Assembly (NCBI GenBank): GCA_964016885.1
Contig: OZ024741.1
Span: 279,558,001 to 279,622,000, forward strand
Origin: Eledone cirrhosa
Taxonomy: Eukaryota
Direction of reading: 5' to 3'
DNA: 64,000 nucleotides
The position numbers were made by a program, and so were the translations under genes. Positions 1 through 13,074 of the stretch are shown here, in pieces (positions within the stretch are counted from its first letter, which is position 1; each line of letters starts with the position of its first letter). A model generated the notes under the pieces. That model did not search any database. It worked only from the letters and a program-made list of their open reading frames with translations, and was not told the DNA's origin.

Positions 1-46
<46 letters not shown>
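1..46. repeat. (TG)n microsatellite
   Basis: Pure TG dinucleotide run at window start. Confidence 0.98.
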
Positions 47-47
<1 letters not shown>

Positions 48-251
48 CTACTGGGTTGTACTTGTTTGGCAAGTTGAGATCTGATACTGTATGGAAACTT
101 AAACCACTACCTCAGGGAAGAATCATTTTAACACCATTTATTTATGAACACACAAAAACTGTTTTTATTCAATTTTTGTTTATTTCTTAACAGTTAAAGT
201 CTATTATCAAGTGTCAAAACTTTGTATGCACCTTTGTAACCTGTTTACAAA

Positions 252-572
252 GGTGATAAATTGGCAGAGTCATTAGAACATCAGATAGAATGCTTTGCAG
301 TATTCGTTTCAGCTCTCTGTTCTGAGTTCAAATCCTACTGAGGTCAACTTTAGAGGTTGATAAAAAAAAAAAAGTACCAGTTTAGTACTGGGGTTGATTC
401 TTCTTCTATATCTCTTTCTCATTTCCATTCTCTCACTCTCTATCTTTCTCTGGAAGAAATCTGCTGTATTTAGATGTGGAGAGGAGATGGACTGCCAAGT
501 TTTAAAAATGCCCTAGAAATGCTGTTGTCAATGTGACACCCCTACAACTAACTCCCTTAGGAGTTACAGGAT
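252..572 (+). mobile_element. tRNA-derived SINE (family A head plus extended tail module)
   Basis: A-box-like TGGCAGAGTCATTAGAA and B-box GAGTTCAAATCC; the same sequence recurs many times in the window (e.g. inverted at 1862-2390). Confidence 0.75.
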
Positions 573-773
573 CATACATACAATACAACCTGGTTGCTGA
601 CACAATCCTACACAATCTATTTCACATGGGAACAAGTCTTTTTTTGGGGGGGGGGGGTCTATTATGTAACTTAATATATTTAATAAATATTTTTTGTTTT
701 AATCAGTTCCTGTAAGTGATGGAATCTCTAGGTAGATTTTTATTTTATTTTATCTATTTATTTATCTTATTTA

Positions 774-1557
774 CCACATATACTTGAGTAATAGATGATC
801 TCATGCCAACCCTCTTATTTTGGGCCAAAAAATCTGGAATTTTCCATAGACCTCATATAAAAGCCGACCCTAGTATTTCATGGATAATGGGTCAACATTT
901 GTGAGTCAAGGTATCATCCTGTATGTAAAAATACCACTGTTACAAAATCATTCTGAATTTAAGTCAAATCTATATTATTGCAAATACATGTCTAAAACTC
1001 AAGATTTACCCAAACAGATGCCTGCCCTATAGCTGGAATGCTTCATGCTTATACCGGAATGCTTGGTGCACATAGTAAAAAAACATATAATAGCAAGCAC
1101 TACATCTGTAGATGGATGCTACATCTACATTATTAAAATCTAGCACAAGATGTGCTGCAAGCTTGCAGCCAATCTCATTTCCAAAAACAAACACATGCAT
1201 CAGCACTCATCTCATGGTCTGTTTACCTGGTGAGAAAGGTGTTTCACAGTCTGTTTACCTGGTGAGAAAGGTATTTCACAGTCTGTTTACCTGGTGAGAA
1301 AGGTATTTCACAGACAGTGCTGTCAAGAAACACTAGCAAAAGTGTTTTGAAGCATAGAATAGGTAATATTTCCATAATTCATTGTTTTTGTTTTTATTTG
1401 TTTAGAAATCAATTGGGCTTCTACTACTGATATGGTACTTTTGATTCTAGTTTGAAGCCCCTCAAAAGTAGTATCCATGTAATTTAACCTTAAATTTGCT
1501 CCAATTTAACCTTTAAAATGGTCTAAAAAAATCCAAATTTTACACAAGTATATACAG
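774..1557. mobile_element. Tc1/pogo(Tigger)-like MITE, copy 1
   Basis: Imperfect TIRs CCACATATACTTGAGTAA / TTACACAAGTATATACAG flanked by TA; internal homology to 16590-17302. Confidence 0.65.
1217..1312. repeat. 32-bp tandem repeat x3
   Basis: GTCTGTTTACCTGGTGAGAAAGGT(G/A)TTTCACA at 1217, 1249, 1281. Confidence 0.95.
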
Positions 1558-1861
1558 TATTTTTACATTCATTTATTTATACATTTATTTATATATAATT
1601 AATTTATTCATTTGTTAAATTTTGGACCTGTAGGTCTACTGTACTGTTGATTTTTTAAACTTTAAACATGGAGCTTTTGTCACTTCCAAAATCAATTCTT
1701 CTGTTTTCTTTCCTCTCTCTTTCCATCTGTAATATATATATATTCTTTTTTAACTTGTCATATTTTATAAATAGAAGTATTTCTTAAGGTGTACTATACA
1801 ACAATAAATTCTATCAAGGAGATTATAAAAATTCACAATTGACTACCTACATGTATGTATA

Positions 1862-2390
1862 GACCTGTAATTTCTGAGGAAGTCATAAGGGCGTCATATT
1901 GAAATACAGCATTTCTAGGGCAATTTTAAACCTGGTGAAGACCATCTCCTTACAGTAAATTTCTTCCAGAGAAGGATAGAGAGCGAGAGAAAGGAAGTGA
2001 AAAAAAGAATCAACCCCAGTACTAGACTAGTACTTTTTGTTTATCAACCTTAACCCTTTAGCATTCACATTACTCTATATTTACTATTGTATTTTCACAG
2101 AAAAGGCGTTACCTCACATAATTATGCCACATAATATTGACAATATGAGATTTTTATATTTATTTTGAGAACAATACCTTAACATCAGTATGAGTAGCTA
2201 GTTACGACCGGTTTGATCAGAAAGAGGTGAGAGAATCTGGCCGTCTATGGCAGGTTTTAATGCTAAAGGATTAAATGGATAAAAGACAAAGTTGACCATG
2301 GCAGGATTTGAACTCAGAGAGCAGAGTCATAATGAATACTGCAGAGCATTCTATCCAACATTCTAACGACTCTGCCAATTCGTCGCCTGA
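1862..2390 (-). mobile_element. tRNA-derived SINE (family A) interrupted by a piggyBac-type MITE
   Basis: Reverse complement of the 252-572 element; GGATTTGAACTCAG B-box complement; sequence resumes after the insertion at 2274. Confidence 0.75.
2054..2270. mobile_element. piggyBac-type MITE family 1, copy 1
   Basis: TTAA TSD at 2050-2053 and 2271-2274; TIR CCCTTTAGCATT / AATGCTAAAGGA; second copy at 25708-25923. Confidence 0.8.
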
Positions 2391-3063
2391 CTACCTACGT
2401 ACTGGTTACCAATTAATATCGTATAGTATAAGGTGCCAAGATGGACTATGCACAATCCTTCCTGAAACTTAAAGATAGAAGAGAGCACTCGGAATATAGG
2501 TGAAAGGTTCACTGAGGACTAGAACAAAGATATGTTAAAAAGAAACCTACATTTATATTTTACCAACAGACATAAATAAATCAATGTACCTAGTGTGGAT
2601 ATAATAAACCACTAAGACAGGGTAACTGAATCAGTTTATATGAGTCTTCATCCTAAATCTGAATGGGCTAGCACCAATGCACTATACTTAAGGAGAACAT
2701 ATATCCCAATGATTAGTTTCAAATGGCTTAGTAGATTCAATATCATGAGGTTGTGAATTCGATTTCCGGATCAGGCAATGCATTATATCCTTGGGCAAGA
2801 CTTATTTCACGCTCTTTCTGCCAGGAGTTGCAACCAGTAGATAGAAAGACCAATGGAAATGTTTCCTTGGTTTGATTTGATGAGTTCCATCCCACACGGT
2901 AAGCAAGTGAGGTCTAGAATCTTGTTAATTGTATTTAAAAAAATACATATATACATGTACATCAGTGTGTGTGTTTACCAACATGAAAAAAACCCCAGAC
3001 ATATTGACGTAAACAAAGAATCATATATTAAGAAGTGTTGAGCAAATTTTTAATTTTGAAATC

Positions 3064-3249
3064 ATGTTAGCTTAAATTAAGTTGATTCAATGTAGGCTTT
3101 TAAACTTAGAAAATACAAGTTGGGCATATAAACCCCTTGTGATGGAAAAAGTGTCCACTCTTTCTGTCTGTAGGGGCTTATATGCCCAACTTGTAATTAT
3201 TTTCATAGTCTAAAAGCCTACATTGAATCAGCTTACTTTAAGCAAACAT
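3064..3249. repeat. Foldback inverted repeat (about 75-bp arms)
   Basis: TTGATTCAATGTAGGCTTTTA...TACAAGTTGGGCATATAAACCCCT pairs with AGGGGCTTATATGCCCAACTTGTA...TAAAAGCCTACATTGAATCAG. Confidence 0.9.
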
Positions 3250-3391
3250 AGAAAAAGGGTTGTGTGTTGCAAAGTTCAAACAAAATGAATTTCAAAAGCA
3301 ATGGAAAAAACCAGATGAAACACAGGACAGTCCCTTATTAGTTGACCACTGGAAGTCCATTTGGTTTCAGTACTTGAAGGTCGATATCAGC

Positions 3392-3562
3392 GTTTGAAAT
3401 ATCTGCCTATATTGCATGTCTAAGTTGATGTATTTATCTGTTATGGCAACGTGGAAAAAAGGACGTAAAAACGACAATGACAACACCGATATATATATAA
3501 TTGCCATAACGAATAAATACATCAACTTAGTTAGACATGCAATATAGGCAGATATTTCAAAC
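3392..3562. repeat. Foldback inverted repeat (about 58-bp arms)
   Basis: GTTTGAAATATCTGCCTATATTGCATGTCTAA... pairs with ...TTAGACATGCAATATAGGCAGATATTTCAAAC. Confidence 0.9.
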
Positions 3563-4039
3563 AGATTAAGATACTTTATATAAATACATACCAAAATGAC
3601 AACTCCACCTAGTCAACCCACCACCACAACTATAATAGGAATTTTTTTTAAAGTTACTATTAATTACTATTTATAAAAAAAAAAAAAACAATAAGTAACC
3701 AAATATGGATAGAAGGAAAACATAGAACTGAATCTCTTGAACAAATCTGGGGGGAAAGAAAAAACCTGATTCACTCACATACAAAAGAACTGACCAAAAT
3801 CATAAAAGAATTATTACCCTATTTATCAAACAGATAAGCTCCATTATGTTGGAGACAAAATAAAATAAGAGGAAAACTAAGGAGAACCCCATAACTGATT
3901 TCAGCCTAGTTATGCAGTAATACAGAAAACTGAAGCATTTTTCAAGTATGCACTACTTTCTCCGCCATCTGACTCCCCCACCCATACATCTAATACTCCA
4001 CCTACATCATAACACTCCACTCCACCCACTTCCAGTTAA

Positions 4040-4496
4040 CACTGTAAGGTTTTGATGCCACAACAAAAGGCACCCAGTCATACTGTAAAGTGGTTGTATT
4101 GGTGCTGTGATAAAAAGCACCTAGTACACACTAAATGTGGTTGCTGTTAGGAAAAGCATTCAGTCATAGAAACCAAGCCAAAATCAGTTCTGTTTGAGCA
4201 AGATATGGTCATCTGATTTAGCTTGTCTCACAACTCGTCTAACTTCTGCTACCATGGAAAATGAATGTTAAATGATGATGACGATATATATATATATATA
4301 TAAACACAGTCCACACTGTAATGTGGCCGTATAGGTAACACGGTAAAAAGTTCCCAGTTCCACACTGTAAATGTGGTTGGTGTTAGGAAGGGCATCCAGC
4401 CATAGAAAACCTGCCAGATAGTCCTATATAAGCGAGACACGGTCACCCGACCTACCTTGCCTGAAGTGGGACAACTCCCGTCTAACCCATGCTAGC
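4040..4496 (+). mobile_element. Two 5'-truncated RTE LINE 3' ends
   Basis: GGTTGGTGTTAGGAAGGGCATCCAGC...AACCCATGCTAG and (GAT)n tail match the 3' UTR of RTE copies at 43-44 kb and 57-58 kb; second copy cut by the gap. Confidence 0.75.
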
Positions 4497-4696
4497 NNNN
4501 NNNNNNNNNNNNNNNNNNNNNNNNNNNNNNNNNNNNNNNNNNNNNNNNNNNNNNNNNNNNNNNNNNNNNNNNNNNNNNNNNNNNNNNNNNNNNNNNNNNN
4601 NNNNNNNNNNNNNNNNNNNNNNNNNNNNNNNNNNNNNNNNNNNNNNNNNNNNNNNNNNNNNNNNNNNNNNNNNNNNNNNNNNNNNNNNNNNNNNNN
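4497..4696. other. Assembly gap (200 N)
   Basis: Run of N. Confidence 1.
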
Positions 4697-4697
4697 G

Positions 4698-4735
<38 letters not shown>

Positions 4736-4737
4736 AT

Positions 4738-4795
<58 letters not shown>

Positions 4796-4797
4796 AT

Positions 4798-4848
<51 letters not shown>

Positions 4849-4851
4849 AAT

Positions 4852-4886
<35 letters not shown>

Positions 4887-4986
4887 ATAGAGAGAGAGAG
4901 AGAGAGAGAATAGAGAGAGAGAGAGAATAGAGAATAGAGAGAGAGAGAGAGAATAGAGAGTATAGAGAGAAAGAGAAAGAGAAAGA

Positions 4987-5020
<34 letters not shown>
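4697..5020. repeat. (GA)n microsatellite, interrupted
   Basis: GA repeats with AATA/GAA interruptions. Confidence 0.97.
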
Positions 5021-5195
5021 TTTTATGTGCAAAGCCAACTGGCAGGAGACCCAAGGATAGACTCCAAACTAGATGGTTGGATAGCATCCATGAGCTCGGT
5101 CTTGCTAGGGGATCCAACCAGATCAAGTGGAAGGTGTGTTTGAGGATTGCCTCCACAACCCTCCCAGGAATAAATGGGTAAAGTAGGAGGAGGAA
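5021..5195 (+). mobile_element. LINE (RTE-like, second family) 3' fragment
   Basis: Encodes KPTGRRPKDRLQTRWLDSI-like C-terminus; homologous inverted copy at 44750-45260. Confidence 0.55.
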
Positions 5196-5774
5196 AAAAA
5201 AAAAAGAAAACAGTTGAAAGAGAAGGCAGCCACAGCGATGAAGATGCCAGCACCGCTGATAATGACAAAAATAGAAAACAACAATGATGACACAGAAACA
5301 CAAGTAAAGAAAATATATAATAATAAAAGAAATCATAATATCCACTTGACTTCCACCTTGAGGACAAACAACTTCAGAAAATCTGTTCTGGTGACCTGAT
5401 TAACTCCTCTCTCTCTCTCTCCCCCTCTCCCTCTTTCTCTCTGTGTGCATACTGAATGAGTAAATAAATATAAGTGAGATAGCAAGCAACTATCATTTTC
5501 TAAACATCAAGGTATTGCTTCATAGGTTTATCAGTGAACATCTCATTCATTTGCCAACAAAAGAAGCCTCTGCAGGATTTGCTCAACCTATTAGAAATAA
5601 TAGTCAAATCTTCCTCTTAAAAATAAGAACACAGGAGATAATGTAGAATTAATGCTCTTATGAAGACAGGATGGTTATGGCTAGAACACAATAATAGGTT
5701 TGCTTGATCTGACCTGGGGCTAAATGACAACTCACCCAACCAAACCTTCTGTTCTATCTTTGTGTTGGTGATCA

Positions 5775-6337
5775 ACATGATAAATACACCCAGTACATTC
5801 TGTAAAGTGGATGGTGAGAAGAAGGGCATCCAGCTGTAGAAAACCTGCTAAACAAAGGGTTATAAAGACCCTTCAGCATTTCAAAAACATGACATCCTCT
5901 CTCGAGCTGGTGCCATGCACTCAGTTCATCCTGTAAGGTGGCATTATTAATATCACACAAAAAAAAGCACTCAGTTCACCATTCAAGGTGATAGTTCTGG
6001 TCCCATAACAAAAGGCACCCAGTTCATCCTGTAACATGATAGTGCTGGTGCCTCAATAAAATGCTCCCAGTTCACACTGAAAGGTGGTTGGCATCCAGCC
6101 ATAGAAACCAACCCCAAAACAGAGCATGAAAATAAAATGTAGTCACTTGACCAGTCTGGTCTTAGTGCAATTCAACCTGTCAAGCACAGAAAAAGACAGA
6201 CAGTGGTGATGATGACGATCATCACCACCATTTAACGTCCATTTTTCCATGCTAACATGGATTAGACGAGTTGTGAGACAAGCCAGATCAGGTGATGCTT
6301 CTGCGGCCTGAATGCCCTTCCTAATGCCAACCACATT

Positions 6338-6340
<3 letters not shown>
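5775..6340. mobile_element. RTE 3'-UTR-derived fragments (plus copy with tandem ~43-bp modules, then a minus copy)
   Basis: Repeated GCAC(C/T)CAGTTCA modules; inverted tail CCATTTAACGTCCATTTTTCCATGCT at about 6225. Confidence 0.6.
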
Positions 6341-6341
<1 letters not shown>

Positions 6342-6417
<76 letters not shown>

Positions 6418-6490
6418 TGTGGTGTGTGTGTGTGGTGTGTGTGTGGTGTGTGTGTGTGGTGTGTGTGTGGTGTGTGTGTGGTGTGTGTGT

Positions 6491-6553
<63 letters not shown>
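6342..6553. repeat. (TG)n / (TGCG)n microsatellite
   Basis: Direct inspection. Confidence 0.97.
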
Positions 6554-7899
6554 ATTAGGTTGGAAGATGTAACAAATTCTGACATTTACAATTACTATAG
6601 TTGAATACATTTCTTTATACCAGTCTCTCAATTCTAAGAGGATGTGGTACCTATTTTAGGTAAGTTGACTGAACAATAGCACCCCTGGGGATGGAGGTAG
6701 GTGATGGATGTAATACATAGATTTAGGTCAGATATTTCATGATCAAATGGTACAGTATGACACCTGAAGAGAATCAGCAAGTTAGAAATCATCATCACAA
6801 TCATCAAAAACAAACAAAGCTTTACTGTAGTCACTAAAGATGTGTACCTAAGTGCTGTCAGCAAACAAGAACAGTAAAGAAACTTTTAGAGAGGATACTT
6901 AACAACTCTCTTGTATTGAATTCTTCACTCATTTACATATTAATCACAATGAATATAAAAAAAAAGAAAGAAAAAAAAAAGAAATATTTCCTCACTAGAA
7001 GCATAGATGTCATTTCGTAAACCAATATTAGATATTAAGACGTAACTGACAAAGATCACTATCTATGTATGCCTCTCATCAGATTCTTCTTAAAGAACAC
7101 TCATGCAATCAGTTTGAAAGCAGTCTCAATGAAGTAGCGATCTTTTTTTATTATTCACCTCTTTAACTTTCTTTCTCCATTGCATCTTAACTATATCGTT
7201 AACATAATGAAAAAATAAATAAAGTCAGAATCTAGAATTTCTCAAGAAAGACACGATACCTTCAATGGTTAAAAACAAATTCTAAAGCAAATAAATTCCA
7301 GATTTTGATCTTTTTATTTTTGTTTCCTTTGCAATTTTTAAATTTCAGATTAAGTGATTCGTTGCTGAGCAATACTTCTCCATATCTAAGCACACTTACT
7401 AAACTAGATCAGAAATGGTTTTCTCAATTACTTTTAAAAAGGTCACAAAAATGGGGTGAGTTTCTGAAGTATGTTCTCGTTAAAATTGCTGCTAAAACAC
7501 TAATCCTTTTTGAATTTGTCAGTTTTCAATAGCATTAAACAGATGAGAAACAGATATCCTCCTGGGTAGAACATGATGGCTTTGCCCCGAAGAAAAAACT
7601 AAGCAAAGGCACTTCAGCCATGACCACCTAATCTTATTTTCAAGAATACCAAATCTATGCAATGTTTTTTGCTTATTTTAAAGAAAGTAGGATGTGATAT
7701 AAAGGAGATTTAGCACATGATTGAAACAACCATTAGAGCTGTATACTTTTGTTGTCAACTAGACTATGGGAATATAATGTAAGAGGAAATGGATCAGAGA
7801 AGAACAGAGTGGTTAAATATGTGATCAACCTGCACGTACACACTTAGTACAGGATGGTGTCATACATAACAACTAGTGTAACAGTGTCATTGTAAATAG

Positions 7900-9735
7900 C
7901 TACAAGGGCAAAGGGGATGCACTAGAGAAAAGTAACTATAGAGGCATTAAGTTAATGGACCAGGTTATGAAAGTTTCTGAAAGACAACTAATTAGGGACA
8001 GAATCAAATTAGATGAGATGCAGTTCAGATTTATGCCAGGTAGGGGTACTATTGATGCCCTCTTTCTAGTGAGACAAAGGAGAGGTTTTTAGCTAAGAGT
8101 AAGCCACTGTACCTAGCATTTGTAGATCATTGACAGGGTACCATGCTCTATAATCTGGTAGGCACTTAGGAAGCTAGGTGTAGACAAATGGCTTGTGAGT
8201 GCCGTGCAGGCTATGTATAGAGGAACAACCAGCAGAGTGAGGGTTGGAAATGAGTACAGTGATAAATTTGAAGTACAGGTGGGAGTCCATCAGGGATAAG
8301 TCCTCAGTCCACTTCTATTTATCATTGTACTTAAAGCCATCATTGAGGAGTTTAAAACTGGCCCTCCAAGGGAGCTCCTCTATACTGACAGCCTAGTCCT
8401 CATAGCTGCGTCTGTAGAAGAGTTAGAAGCAAAATTTCAAGCATGGAAGAAGAACCTAGAGCTGAAAGACCTAAAAGTAAATATAACAGACGAAAGTCTT
8501 AAGTAGGAAAGAAGACAGGAAAGTGGTACCATCAGGAAAATGGCCATGCTCGATTTGTCAGAAAGGAGTGGGTAGAAACTCCAAAAGGTACACACAATGT
8601 AAAGTATGGACGCCCAAGAGATGGTAGACTTTTTATGTGGTAGATATTCAAGGGAAGTAAGCACAAAGAACACATATGAAATAGGTTTCCTCAGCTGCCA
8701 GGGAGCTCTCTAGAAGTTGTGGACAGCTTTTGCTACCTAGGTGATGAAATTAGCAGTGGGGAGGATGTGATAACTAGGATAAGAACAGGCTGGAAGAATT
8801 TTACAGATCTATTATCACTGCTAATAACAAAATGCTTTTCTCTCATAGTGAAGGGTAGACTATATGATGCCAGCATGTGAACTGCAATGTTACATGGCAG
8901 TGAAACATGGGTCTTGACTGCTGAAAACCTGTGAGGGCAAGAAAGAAATGAGTCAAGTATGTTCTGATGGATGTGCAATGTTAGTGTGCATGAGCAACAT
9001 AGCATAAACAAACTGAGGGGGAAAAACTTGGCATAAGAGGAATTCGTTGTAGTATACAAGACCGTGTTGGTACAGCTATGTGATGTGCATGGAAAATGGC
9101 AATTGTATAAAGAAATGCAGAGAAGAGCCAGTGGCTGGGGCCCATGGAAGAGGCAAACCCAGGAAGACGTGGGATGAGGTTGTAAAGACTGACCTTAGAA
9201 AGCTAAACCTTACAACAGAGATGACAAAGACTGCGAGGGCTGACACTACACAGTGCTGAAGAACCCCCCACCCTTCCACTAGCACTCCCTAACAGTTATT
9301 CTCAACTTCACTTCACCACCCCTACACACACACACACACACACACACTCATGGCAGCTCCATTCCTCAATGAAGTCATTGGTGATAGGAAGAACTTCCAG
9401 CTATGGAGAACTTACCAAACAAAGGGTCAGGAGGACCCTCCAGTCATGTCATGAACATGACAGTGTCCATAGTATTGGTGATCTACACGATAAACACATG
9501 CAGTACCTACCGTAAAGTAGTTGGCAATAGGAAGGGCATCCAGCTGTAGAAATCTGAGGACCCTCAGTTGTGTCAAAGGCATGACAACTTCTCCAGAGCA
9601 CTCAATGGAACATGAGACCGTACATCAGCACACAGATTCCTGCCTTGCCTGGTAGATCAGTGTCTCCACTTCAGTATGGACTTAGTCATATGGGCCCGTC
9701 TAACCGTTTTAGCAGAAAAAGTGGTCGTTAAAACA
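7900..9735 (+). mobile_element. Degraded RTE LINE (RT domain to 3' UTR)
   Basis: Translates with stops and frameshifts to [78 protein letters not shown]. Confidence 0.9.
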
Positions 9736-9740
9736 ATAAT

Positions 9741-9921
9741 TGTTTCTACTTTAGGCACAAGGCCAGCAATTACTCAGTGCATTACTGGTACTTTATTTTA
9801 TCGACCCCATAAGGATGAAAGGCAAAGTCAACCTCGGCGGGATTTGAACTCAGATCGTAAAGGGACGTAACTATGCTGGAAGGCATGGCGTCCGACCCTC
9901 TACCGATACTGCCAATCCACC
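9741..9921 (-). mobile_element. Young tRNA-derived SINE (family A) with 17-bp TSD
   Basis: TSD GTCGTTAAAACAATAAT at 9724-9740 and 9922-9938; near-identical to 32270-32444. Confidence 0.9.
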
Positions 9922-10202
9922 GTCGTTAAAACAATAATGATGAAATACATGCACACACATACGAACACACATACATATAATAGAATGTATTAAAATGTTG
10001 GTGTTCAGGAAATTGTTTGAGAAAGTAAAATTCCTTTAAGTGTTGTTTCAGGAATTAACGCGTTATTGACCTAGCCGAAACAAATCTGGTTCTGGATAAA
10101 AAATAGTTTATAGATTGTGGAGAAATTGTCATAGCACTTCATGACAAAAAGAAACGGCATGAAAGGATGTGCTGCAGTTACCCAGTCTCTAAACAACACA
10201 TA

Positions 10203-11318
10203 ATCATCATCACCATTTTACGTCCGTTCTTCCACGCTAGCATGGGTTAGACGGGTTGTCCTGTTGTGGGCAGTGTCCGGTCAGCTGACCTTGTCTTGCT
10301 CATACAGGAACTGATTATGGCTTGATTTCTACAGCTGGATGCCCTTCCTAACACCAACCTCATTTACAGTGAATGCTGGGTGCTTTTTTGCCGTGGCACC
10401 TCCATGACCACTTTGCAGTGAGACGGTGTGGGGGCATATTGTCTATATGCTTCAGCTTCGGCTTGTACCCATGGGGGGGGGGGGGGGGTCAGGTCTTCTG
10501 TATTACTGTGCGACGCCAGAGGTCACGGTCGTGTTTCATCGCCTTCGAGAGGTGTAATTGAGTAAGGTCGGCTTTTATCACCTCATCCCAGGTCATCTTG
10601 GGTCTCCCCACTCCGCGGTTTCCATCGACTTCTAGTGCTCTGCACCTTTTTATGCAGCTGTCATCCTTCATACGCATCACATGTCCATACCAACGCAACC
10701 GCCTCTCCTGCACACAACATTTGATTCCTCTTATGCTCAGTCTCTCTCTCAATTCATTTATGCTTTGTCGTTCGCGTATATTACTATTACACATCCATCG
10801 GAGCATGCAGGCTTCGTTTCTCTCTAATCTACGTAAGTCTTCCACCTTCAGCGCCCAGGTCTCACTACCATGTAACATTGCTGTTCGTATACATGCATCA
10901 TATAGTCTGCCTTTCATTTTGAGGAAAAAACCTTTTGCAGTGGCAGTAGCGTCCTGAACTTCTTCCATCCCATTCTTACCCTAGTTATTGTACTTTCGAA
11001 ACACCCACCTCCGCTGCTAATTCGGTCACCTAGGTAGCAGAAGATGTCTACTGTTTTTACAGAGCCATCCCAGAGTTTGGTGGTACTTGTTTCCTGTGGC
11101 TGTTTTCTGCTTGTTGACCCAGCACAGCTGCTACATGTTAAGCCTACATTCTTAGTTAAGCTTCCTGAGATCCCACTACATCTCTTGTGTACCCACTGTT
11201 TGCATTTGGAGCAGAGAATGGAGTTCCTACCTACACCTCTTCTACATACTGAGCAAGGCCATTTCCCTGAGGGGATCTGGGTTCTGTTTTCTCATCTACT
11301 TACAAGGACCTTAGTCTT
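10203..11318 (-). mobile_element. 5'-truncated RTE LINE
   Basis: ORF 10489..10968 [20 protein letters not shown]...[11 protein letters not shown]; same subfamily as 43034-44280. Confidence 0.95.
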
Positions 11319-11835
11319 TATAAAAATAAAACAATTCAAGTTTCTTGAATTAGTATAGGCAACTTTTAACTTGTTTTAGCATTTCACCAAGGATGGGTTT
11401 AGCCAGCTCCAACTCGTGAATCCACAGCAATGCAAACAGAATCCAACCAGACTTGGCAATTACAGTTATCTGATGTGGAGGTCAACTTGTTACAATTCTA
11501 ACAACAAACACTATGTGAAGACTAGATATCAATGACACTCAGCAATTATAGAGAGACAGATCTGGCATAGTGATCATCAATACAAGATATTAATTCAAGA
11601 TCCAATATGATCACACTTATCCATGTTTTCAGCTGCCAACTTCACCATTTTATACCATTCTGGAAAAGACTTTGACATGACTGAATCAAATTCATGCACT
11701 TTTCAATATAAGCAACATATACATAGTAGAATCATATGTTAATTTTACCTTTCATCCTTACGGGGTCAATAAAATAAAGTACCAGTAATGCACTGGGGTA
11801 ATTGCTGGCCTTGTGCCCAAAACAGAAACAATTGT

Positions 11836-11935
11836 AAGTAATAGTTGAGAAAATTGGGTAAATTACTCTGAGATGGAACAAAGTGGACTGAGGCACCTAT
11901 AAGCATAATTTACCCAGTTTTCTCAACTATTATTT
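11836..11935. repeat. Inverted repeat (30-bp arms, 40-nt spacer)
   Basis: AATAGTTGAGAAAATTGGGTAAATTA / TAATTTACCCAGTTTTCTCAACTATT. Confidence 0.85.
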
Positions 11936-12818
11936 ATAGTGATTAACTGTTATTATAGTTATTTTCTGTTTGGGACTTTCAGATTTTCAAATTTCATACA
12001 CTCCCGGTGCTTTGATAATTGATAAGGTGTACTGAAGAATATGTTACTCCAACCAAACTTAAAGGAAAAGAAAACATTGTCCAATCTGATATAGTAAAAT
12101 GCTAATTAAATTTTGATTACATTTTGTAAATACAAGCATTTCTAGTAACAGGTTCGCACTGGTATGCTACATTTTTATGGCAAGAGTGATTAACGAACAT
12201 CTGCACAACTCAAATGGACCAATTATCATAAGATGCTTTTGTTCAAAAGCACCAGTTTAGTTTACATTTTTTTGCCAAAAGATACACATTTTTCTGCACA
12301 GTTTCCATGTACCAAATTCCACTCCTTGTACATTTGCCCAAATAGTTGTACAATAGGATTGAACCAAAACCACATAGTTGCAAGGCAAACTTCTTAACTA
12401 CACAGCTATACCTGCTGCCCTAAAATTCTTTGACTATGTTTCAATGGCAGCTGCCCCAACCACCCCAAAAATTATATCACAATATGTGGTACATCTAATT
12501 AATTTTCTTTTACAAGTTTATTTTTATTCTCTCAAACATTACAGGCTTATTACAGGCTGTAAACCTGACAACTTTGCAAACATTCTGGGAGACTTTTCGT
12601 AACAGCTCAGTGTGTGAAGTATGTGTGTGTGAGCATGAGCAAACCTTAGATTTTTAATACAAAGATTTATATTACATATGTATACTCTGCGGTACATCTA
12701 ATTAAAGCTGTTGTTTTTAACCCCCAAGGTCATCTCTAATCAAGTAAATCGATGATCAAAGACATTCCAGCATGATTTCATTTAGATATATCTATAACTT
12801 ATACATTCTCCTTTTTAA

Positions 12819-13074
12819 CCCTTTCATTACCATATTTCTAATGAAAGACACTCCCTGTCATTTCCAAATAATTTTTTTTTGAATAATCAAGAATTTGTAG
12901 GATTTTAGTAAGAAAACTAACTTTCGCATTATTAATTAAGCCAGTGTTTGGAAGATAAGGGGTCTTACATAAAATTATGATAGGTTTTAGATAAAAATAT
13001 ACACCTTAAAAAAGGTTTTTTTTTTTTTAATCATAGAACCAGGAGCAGTTTAATGCAATTTGGTATCAAAAGGG
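12819..13074. mobile_element. piggyBac-type MITE family 2
   Basis: TTAA on both sides, TIR CCCTTTCATTACC / GGTATCAAAAGGG; relatives at about 13953-14305 (inverted) and 14572-14812. Confidence 0.75.

Noticed and set aside
5900-6100. Repeat-spacer pattern resembling CRISPR
   Set aside because: Eukaryotic LINE UTR tandem modules; spacers are homologous and there are no cas genes
11480-11680. Degenerate RLE domain (RSGIVIIN resembling RPDIVII)
   Set aside because: Too decayed to support by eye
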